Origin: Sedimentisphaera cyanobacteriorum
Lineage (GTDB): Bacteria > Planctomycetota > Phycisphaerae > Sedimentisphaerales > Sedimentisphaeraceae
Assembly: GCF_001997385.1 (NCBI RefSeq)
Contig: NZ_CP019633.1
Coordinates: 150,001-182,000, forward strand
Direction of reading: 5' to 3'
Length of the DNA: 32,000 bases
Positions 26,257 to 32,000 of the stretch are shown piece after piece (within the stretch, counting starts at the first letter, position 1; every line of letters begins with the position of its first letter). Below the pieces are notes generated by a model. That model did not search any database, was not told the DNA's origin, and was given only the letters and a program-made list of their open reading frames with translations. Position numbers and translations under genes: made by a program.

Positions 26257-26360
26257 ACCTCTCGCCGGCTTTTGCCCGCTCCTGCGGGTTTGTTTTGAAT
26301 TTTGAATGATTGAATTTTTAATTTCCCGCACATATATGACGTTTTGAATGTAAACTTTAC

Positions 26361-26389
26361 TTGCAGGCAGGGGGTGGATGTTATAGAAT
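26361..26389 (+). promoter_or_regulatory. Sigma70-type promoter candidate for clpX (TTGCAG-17 nt-TAGAAT)
   Basis: Hexamers at 26361-26366 and 26384-26389 with 17-nt spacing, 44 nt upstream of the clpX ATG. Three TTGAAT motifs lie further upstream (26295-26316). Confidence 0.35.
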
Positions 26390-26432
26390 AACCCTGCCGG
26401 AAAATTCGAAAAGAAAATTTTTAGAGGAATAT

Positions 26433-27722
26433 ATGGCTAAAACAGGAAAGAATAAGCCAGCTCAAATGTGCAGTTTCTGCGGGCGTTATGCAACCGATGA
26501 AAGGCCTATCGTTCAAGGGCCTGAAGACGTATGCATCTGCGGAGAGTGTATTGAAATATGCAGTAAAATCGTTGCCGAGCAAATTGAAGTGCCGAAAAGC
26601 AGCTTTGAACCGGAAAAGCTCCCCACTCCGCGAGAGATAAAGGAATATTTGGATCAGTATGTAATCGGGCAGAACGACGCAAAGCGGTTCCTTGCTGTTG
26701 CGGTGCACAACCACTATAAACGCCTGATTCACTTCCAGAACGATTCGCCGGATGTGGAGCTGGATAAGTCTAATGTGCTTCTGATAGGCCCTACCGGCTC
26801 GGGCAAAACCCTGCTGGCAAAAACGCTCGCAAGAGAGCTCGAAGTTCCGTTTGCGATATGCGATGCTACAACGGTAACAGAGGCGGGGTATGTAGGCGAG
26901 GATGTAGAGAATTTCGTCCTCAAGCTGCTCCAGAGCGCGGATTATGATGTTGAGAAGGCTCAGCGTGGCATAGTTTATATAGACGAAATAGACAAGGTTG
27001 GCAAAACCTCCGCAAACGTTTCTATCACAAGAGACGTTTCCGGCGAGGGCGTGCAGCAGTCGCTCTTGAAGATGCTTGAGGGAACTGTTGTGAATGTCCC
27101 GCCGCAGGGAGGACGCAAACACCCCGAGCAGTCTTACATACAGGTGGACACCAGCCAGATCCTGTTTATCTGCGGGGGAACTTTCGTTGGCCTTGAAGAT
27201 ATCGTTAGAAGAAGGCTCGGGAAGAAGGCTATAGGCTTCGGCGCGGAAGACTCCGGCCAAACCCGAGACAGGAACCTCGAACGGGCGGAGATAATGAAGA
27301 AGGCAGCCCCGGAGGATATTATCCATTACGGAATTATCCCTGAGCTGGTGGGAAGGCTTCCGCTGATTGCCTCGCTCGAAAATCTCGACAAGAAAACGCT
27401 TGTAAATATTATGACAGAGCCGAAGAACGCTATTGTGCGGCAGTATGTTAAGCTGTTCGAGATGGAGTATACCAAGCTTGAATTCACCGACGGCGCTCTC
27501 GAGGTGCTTGCAGAAAAAGCCCTCAAACGTGATACGGGCGCAAGGGCGCTTCGAGGCGTAGTGGAAGAGCTGATGATTGATATAATGTATCGCCTGCCGG
27601 ACGAGAAAAAGGAAGGCAGCGTACTGAAGATTGATAAAAACGTGGTTGACGGGAAAAAAGATCTGTTTGGCAGCAGGAAGAAGAAAACGCCTGTCAGCGG
27701 GAAAAATAAGAAAGTGAGCTAG
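26433..27722 (+). CDS. clpX: ATP-dependent Clp protease ATP-binding subunit ClpX
   Basis: N-terminal zinc-binding CSFCG...[10 protein letters not shown], Walker [16 protein letters not shown], Walker B VYIDEIDK, pore loop GYVGEDVE, and IGFGA and GARALR motifs. ATG 26433 after AGAGGA is preferred over the ORF-track TTG at 26361. Confidence 0.95.
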   Translation: MAKTGKNKPAQMCSFCGRYATDERPIVQGPEDVCICGECIEICSKIVAEQIEVPKSSFEPEKLPTPREIKEYLDQYVIGQNDAKRFLAVAVHNHYKRLIHFQNDSPDVELDKSNVLLIGPTGSGKTLLAKTLARELEVPFAICDATTVTEAGYVGEDVENFVLKLLQSADYDVEKAQRGIVYIDEIDKVGKTSANVSITRDVSGEGVQQSLLKMLEGTVVNVPPQGGRKHPEQSYIQVDTSQILFICGGTFVGLEDIVRRRLGKKAIGFGAEDSGQTRDRNLERAEIMKKAAPEDIIHYGIIPELVGRLPLIASLENLDKKTLVNIMTEPKNAIVRQYVKLFEMEYTKLEFTDGALEVLAEKALKRDTGARALRGVVEELMIDIMYRLPDEKKEGSVLKIDKNVVDGKKDLFGSRKKKTPVSGKNKKVS

Positions 27723-27739
27723 AAGGAGAGCTTAATTAC

Positions 27740-28342
27740 ATGAAAAAACTCAAAGACATTTTCAAGCCGAAGAAAAAGAACTCTCAGCAGGCAGATGCCG
27801 GCGAGCAGCAGAGCAAGACGGACTTTTTCGAGAAGTTTACAAAAAAAGCCGAGCTCATGGAAGAGAAGGAGCTCCAGCTTAGAAAAACCCAGCAGGAGAA
27901 TATCGATAAGCTAAATTCCTCTTTTGATGGTATGGTTGACAAGCTCGAAAATATTAACGGCCATCTCGAGAAGCACGTTTCACAGCAGAGCGAGCTGCTG
28001 AGGCGTTTTGAGGTGATCCCCGAGCTTACCGAAAAACAAACCGACCTTATGGAAAAAACTCATAAGCACCTCGAAGAGCAGGCCGAAGTTACTGAGCAGT
28101 TCTCTGAGGTGGCAAAGGAAATTCCAGAGCAGGCAAGGCTTCAGCAGGAGAAAATCGCCGAGGTGAAAAGCTCGGTTGATAAGAGCTGCGGGTTTGAAGA
28201 GTCTATGTGTGCTGAGTTTGCAAAGCTCAATGTGCAGATTGCAAAGCAGGGCAAATATATTTCAATGCTGTGGATTGCCATTTTGGTTATTTCAGTAATC
28301 GCTGCAGCTGGTTTTATAACATACATCGTAAACGTTACTTGA
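27740..28342 (+). CDS. Hypothetical tail-anchored coiled-coil protein
   Basis: 200-aa ORF 17 nt after clpX. It is K/E/Q-rich with heptad-like sequence throughout and a single C-terminal TM helix (ISMLWIAILVISVIAAAGFITYIV). I recognise no family. Confidence 0.5.
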   Translation: MKKLKDIFKPKKKNSQQADAGEQQSKTDFFEKFTKKAELMEEKELQLRKTQQENIDKLNSSFDGMVDKLENINGHLEKHVSQQSELLRRFEVIPELTEKQTDLMEKTHKHLEEQAEVTEQFSEVAKEIPEQARLQQEKIAEVKSSVDKSCGFEESMCAEFAKLNVQIAKQGKYISMLWIAILVISVIAAAGFITYIVNVT

Positions 28343-28370
28343 AAGATTTCTTTACAGGACAACTGAATAA

Positions 28371-29579
28371 ATGACGCAGGATATTGAGCAGTCTTTTGAG
28401 ATTCTCAAAAGAGGTACGGTTGAGATATACTCCGAAAAGGAGCTTAAGGAAAAGTTAATCGATGCCCGAAAAAAGGGCAGGCAGCTCAGAATAAAGCTTG
28501 GTATGGATCCTACAGCCCCAGATCTGCATCTCGGGCATACTGTCGTGATGCGCAAGCTCAGGCAGTTTCAGGATCTCGGGCACAAGGCTGTTTTGATTAT
28601 CGGCGATTACACCGCAAGGATAGGCGACCCCACAGGGCAGAACACCACTCGCCCCGTCCTCAGCGGGGAAGATATAGATAAAAACGCCCAGACATATTTC
28701 AAGCAGGCAGAGAAGATCCTCGATACCTCAGAGGATAAGCTTGAGATTCGTCCGAACGGCGAATGGCTCAGGGATTTAGACTTGGCAGCGATAATCAAGC
28801 TGTGCAGCTCAATGACTGTCGCTCGTATGCTCGAGCGGGACACCTTCGAGCAGAGATACAAGAAGTGCGAACCAATAAGCATACACGAATTCCTGTATCC
28901 GCTGATGCAGGGGTATGATTCTGTGATGACTGAAAGCGATGTAGAGCTGGGCGGTACAGACCAGACATTCAACAACCTTGCTGGCAGAGACCTCCAGAGA
29001 ATCAACGGGCAGGCACCCCAGATAGTGATGACCCTGCCTATCCTCGCAGGGCTCGACGGCGTTGAGAAGATGAGCAAGAGCAAGAACAACTATATCGGCG
29101 TTACCGATGAGCCCTCAGATATGTACGGCAAGATTATGAGCATCAGCGATGAGATGATGGAGAATTATTTCACACTGCTTACAGATGTGCCTTTTGGGAA
29201 AATTGCCGAGCTGATCAACTCCGAAAAAACGCATCCGAAGAAGGCTAAGGCTGCCCTTGCGAAAGATATCATAAGCCAGTTTTACGACAGTGAGGCCGCA
29301 GAAAAGGCGGAGGAAGATTTCGAGCAGGTGTTTGCCCGCCGAGAGCTTCCTGATGATATGCCGGAGGCGGTTTTGGATTCTCAGCCGATCGCTTTGAGCA
29401 AAATGGTAGCAGAAGCGGGGCTCGCAGCCTCCGGCGGCGAGGCCAAGCGGCTCGTGAAGCAGGGCGGCGTGAGCGTGAACGGCGAGAAAATGAGCGACCC
29501 GTCAGCCCAAGTGCAGCCCGAAGACGGGATGGTGCTTAAAGTGGGCAAACGGAGATTCGCGAAGGTAGTGGTGAAGTAA
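28371..29579 (+). CDS. tyrS: Tyrosine--tRNA ligase
   Basis: Class I motifs HLGH (DLHLGHTV) and KMSKS (EKMSKSKNNYIG), plus a C-terminal S4-like domain (GEAKRLVKQGGVSVNGEK). Confidence 0.95.
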   Translation: MTQDIEQSFEILKRGTVEIYSEKELKEKLIDARKKGRQLRIKLGMDPTAPDLHLGHTVVMRKLRQFQDLGHKAVLIIGDYTARIGDPTGQNTTRPVLSGEDIDKNAQTYFKQAEKILDTSEDKLEIRPNGEWLRDLDLAAIIKLCSSMTVARMLERDTFEQRYKKCEPISIHEFLYPLMQGYDSVMTESDVELGGTDQTFNNLAGRDLQRINGQAPQIVMTLPILAGLDGVEKMSKSKNNYIGVTDEPSDMYGKIMSISDEMMENYFTLLTDVPFGKIAELINSEKTHPKKAKAALAKDIISQFYDSEAAEKAEEDFEQVFARRELPDDMPEAVLDSQPIALSKMVAEAGLAASGGEAKRLVKQGGVSVNGEKMSDPSAQVQPEDGMVLKVGKRRFAKVVVK

Positions 29580-29590
29580 AGGAGCTTGAG

Positions 29591-30859
29591 ATGAACGTAC
29601 TTATTATCGGCAGCGGCGGACGCGAACACGCAATCGCTTGGAAATTATCACAGAGCAAAAAGCTCACAAAGCTCTATTCCGCTCCGGGCAATCCGGGAAT
29701 GGCAAAGCTCGGCCCTACAGCAGCAATTGATATAAGCGACCATGATGCCGTGGTGAAATTTGCTGTGGACAAAAATATAGGGCTTGTGGTTGTAGGCCCT
29801 GAAGACCCGCTCGCTGCAGGGCTCGTGGATTCCTTAGAGGCTGCGGGGATTAAGGCCTTCGGGCCTTCTAAAGATGCCGCCAGGCTCGAGGCGGATAAGG
29901 ATTTTTCTAAAAAGATGATGCGGGCTAATTCCATCCCCACCGCTGAGTTTCATACGTTCGAGAATTTCGAGGATGCCAAGGATTATATCGCTACAAGAGA
30001 TGCTGGACTTGTAGTGAAGGCCAGCGGCCTTGCAAAGGGCAAGGGAGTTTACGTTTGCGATGAGCCCTCTGAGGCTATAAACGCTGCTGAAGAGATTATG
30101 GAGAATAAGATTTTCGGCGATGCGGGCAGCAAGATTGTAGTAGAGGAAAAGCTCTCCGGCCCCGAGGTTTCTATTCTTGCGCTCGTTGACGGAAGGAATA
30201 TCTACGTTTTGGAAACCAGCCAAGACCATAAGCCGATAGGCGAAGGCGATACCGGCCCGAATACCGGAGGTATGGGGGCATACAGCCCGGCGGATATCGT
30301 TGATGAAAAGCTTATGGACAGAATCATAGGCGAGATCCTTGTGCCTACGGTGAACGGAATGAATATGGCAGGCGCTCCTTTCAGGGGCGTTTTATATGCA
30401 GGGCTTATGCTCACGAAGGTTGGGCCGAAAGTGCTGGAGTATAACGTGCGTATGGGAGACCCCGAAACCCAGCCGATCCTAATGAGGCTCAAAACTGATC
30501 TTCTCGAGGTGATGCTTGCTGTTTGCGAGGGAAGGCTGGAAGATGTGAATCTCCAATGGGATAAGAGGCCGGCTGTGTGCGTGGTGATATCTTCAGGTGG
30601 ATACCCGGGAGAATACGAAAAGGGAAAAAAGATTACTGGCATCAGCAGGGCAGAGGCGATGGAGGATGTGAAAGTTTTCCAGGCGGGAACGAAAATTCAG
30701 GACGGAGAGCTCCTTACTGCGGGCGGAAGAGTGCTCGGTGTTACAGCTCTTGGCGAGAATATCGAAGCCGCAAGAGAAAAGGCATACGCCGCCGCTGGAC
30801 AGATCGATTTTGAAGGCGCTTATTTCCGCACCGACATCGCAATGAAAGCCTTGAAATAG
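29591..30859 (+). CDS. purD: Phosphoribosylamine--glycine ligase
   Basis: MNVLIIGSGGREHAIAWKL, ATP-grasp core, GPNTGGMGAYSP, EYNVRMGDPETQ, GRVLGVTA. Typical PurD over its full length. Confidence 0.95.
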   Translation: MNVLIIGSGGREHAIAWKLSQSKKLTKLYSAPGNPGMAKLGPTAAIDISDHDAVVKFAVDKNIGLVVVGPEDPLAAGLVDSLEAAGIKAFGPSKDAARLEADKDFSKKMMRANSIPTAEFHTFENFEDAKDYIATRDAGLVVKASGLAKGKGVYVCDEPSEAINAAEEIMENKIFGDAGSKIVVEEKLSGPEVSILALVDGRNIYVLETSQDHKPIGEGDTGPNTGGMGAYSPADIVDEKLMDRIIGEILVPTVNGMNMAGAPFRGVLYAGLMLTKVGPKVLEYNVRMGDPETQPILMRLKTDLLEVMLAVCEGRLEDVNLQWDKRPAVCVVISSGGYPGEYEKGKKITGISRAEAMEDVKVFQAGTKIQDGELLTAGGRVLGVTALGENIEAAREKAYAAAGQIDFEGAYFRTDIAMKALK

Positions 30860-30891
30860 CTGCGGAGTTTACTTTACTTCTGGAATTTTTT

Positions 30892-31665
30892 GTGAATTTG
30901 TATTTTGATCAAACTAAGGCAGAAGGCTATAGAAGCAAATCTCAGGTTGCTCGAGTTTTAACGGAACATTGGGCAAAGAAAAACTGCTACTGCCCAAGCT
31001 GCGGAAATTTGGCTCTTAATTCATTCCCTAACAACCAACCTGTGGCTGATTTGTACTGCAAGCGTTGCAGTGAACAATTTGAACTCAAAAGCAGGAGCGG
31101 GGAAAGAGTTGGCAAAAAAGCACCAGACAGCGCATATAAAAAAATGATCGAAAGGATTGTGTCTAGCGAAAACCCTAACTTCTTTTTTCTAACCTATGAT
31201 AAAACTGAGTGGATGGTCAGCAATTTTCTTGTTATACCAAATTTCTATTTCACTCCAGATATTATAGAAAAGAGAAAGCCATTGGCGAAAAACGCGAAGA
31301 GAAGTGGATGGGTCGGCTGCGATATACTGCTTAACAAAATTCCAGAAAGCGGCAAGGTTTATATTGTTAGAAATAAAGAAATACAGCCAAAAGCAGAGGT
31401 GCTTAGAGAATGGAACAAGACCAGCTTTTTGGAAAACAGCAAATTAGATCAGCGTGAATGGCTGATAGATGTACTCAAAATCGTTGAACAGATTCAAAGC
31501 GAGTATTTCACTTTGGCTCAGATTTACAGTTTTGAAAGATCCTTGAGCAGTAAGTATCCGAATAACAATAACGTTAGGGCAAAAATACGGCAGAAGCTTC
31601 AGGTGCTGCGGGATAAAGGCGTTATAGAATTTGTAAGACGCGGGGTTTATCGTAAGCTGAGTTAA
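30892..31665 (+). CDS. DpnI-family (Dam-replacing family) methyl-directed type IIM restriction endonuclease
   Basis: Collinear with my recollection of S. pneumoniae R.DpnI: YRSKSQVARVLTEHW, YCPSCGN, NNQPVADLYCKRCSEQFELKS (the D...E-x-K catalytic core), NPNFFFLTY, RKPLAKNAKRSGWVGC, and a C-terminal winged-helix tail IRQKLQVLRDKGVIEFVRRGVYRKL. Similar length (257 aa). GTG start. Confidence 0.85.
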   Translation: MNLYFDQTKAEGYRSKSQVARVLTEHWAKKNCYCPSCGNLALNSFPNNQPVADLYCKRCSEQFELKSRSGERVGKKAPDSAYKKMIERIVSSENPNFFFLTYDKTEWMVSNFLVIPNFYFTPDIIEKRKPLAKNAKRSGWVGCDILLNKIPESGKVYIVRNKEIQPKAEVLREWNKTSFLENSKLDQREWLIDVLKIVEQIQSEYFTLAQIYSFERSLSSKYPNNNNVRAKIRQKLQVLRDKGVIEFVRRGVYRKLS

Positions 31666-31683
31666 TTCCTTGGGAGAATATGG

Positions 31684-32000
31684 ATGTCGGAAAATATTGA
31701 TATATCTGTAATAGTGCCTGTGTTTAATGAGCGGGATAACATACAGCCCCTTCATGAACAGATAGCTTCAGCCATGAAAACCGGCGGCGTTGACTACAGC
31801 TATGAGATAATATTCGTCAACGACGGCAGCTGGGACGGGACAGCGGAAGTTCTTGGAGGAATATTCAGCAATGATTCAAATGTAACGGTGGTCAATTTTC
31901 GGCGTAATTTCGGCCAGACAGCTGCGATGCAGGCAGGCTTTGAACGTGCCCGGGGGGAAGTGATAATCCCCATGGACGGCGACCTCCAGAACGACCCTGC
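31684..32000 (+). CDS. Family 2 glycosyltransferase (dolichyl-phosphate / polyprenyl-phosphate sugar transferase-like), 3' end beyond the window
   Basis: My own translation from ATG 31684 (GGGAGA RBS): MSENIDISVIVPVFNERDNI...YEIIFVNDGSWDGTAEVL...NFGQTAAMQAGFERARGEVIIPMDGDLQNDP. These are classic GT2 motifs. It is absent from the ORF track because there is no stop before the window end. Confidence 0.8.
   Translation, partial: MSENIDISVIVPVFNERDNIQPLHEQIASAMKTGGVDYSYEIIFVNDGSWDGTAEVLGGIFSNDSNVTVVNFRRNFGQTAAMQAGFERARGEVIIPMDGDLQNDP

Noticed and set aside
26127-26333. 68-aa ORF in the hsp20-clpX intergenic region.
   Set aside because: It overlaps the sigma54 promoter and the direct repeats, and has no RBS or recognisable domain. 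This region is more plausibly regulatory DNA.
26421-27326. 301-aa ORF antisense to clpX.
   Set aside because: It lies entirely within clpX on the opposite strand, with no recognisable motifs and no RBS. It is an antisense-frame artefact.

Overview
About 32 kb of bacterial chromosome with Gram-negative-type envelope genes; the gene content hints at a PVC-like or Planctomycetota-like organism, but I cannot establish taxonomy from sequence alone. There are three blocks. (1) nt 1-9984 is an exosortase-type exopolysaccharide locus: a Wza-like exporter, an exosortase, an EpsI-like protein, a 1581-aa TPR protein and a Wzc-like tyrosine autokinase. It is followed by a TPR lipoprotein, lspA, a PEGA lipoprotein, a U32 Fe-S protein, fhs, queG, an orphan Hpt protein, a PgpA-UppP fusion and yjbQ. 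(2) nt 19357-25430 is a complete, AT-rich type II-C CRISPR-Cas9 system and is the most interesting object in the window. Its layout is unusual: cas9 (1111 aa), then a 19-repeat/18-spacer array, then cas1-cas2, all cas genes on the minus strand. A clearly recognisable tracrRNA lies divergent from cas9, each repeat carries a promoter-like element, and a C16/G16 homopolymer sits between the cas1 ATG and the first repeat. (3) nt 25594-32000 holds hsp20 behind a perfect sigma54 -24/-12 promoter, then clpX, a tail-anchored coiled-coil protein, tyrS, purD, a low-GC DpnI-like methyl-directed restriction endonuclease and the start of a GT2 glycosyltransferase. No tRNA, rRNA or transposase genes were seen. 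All functional calls rest on motif recognition by eye. No database search was run.
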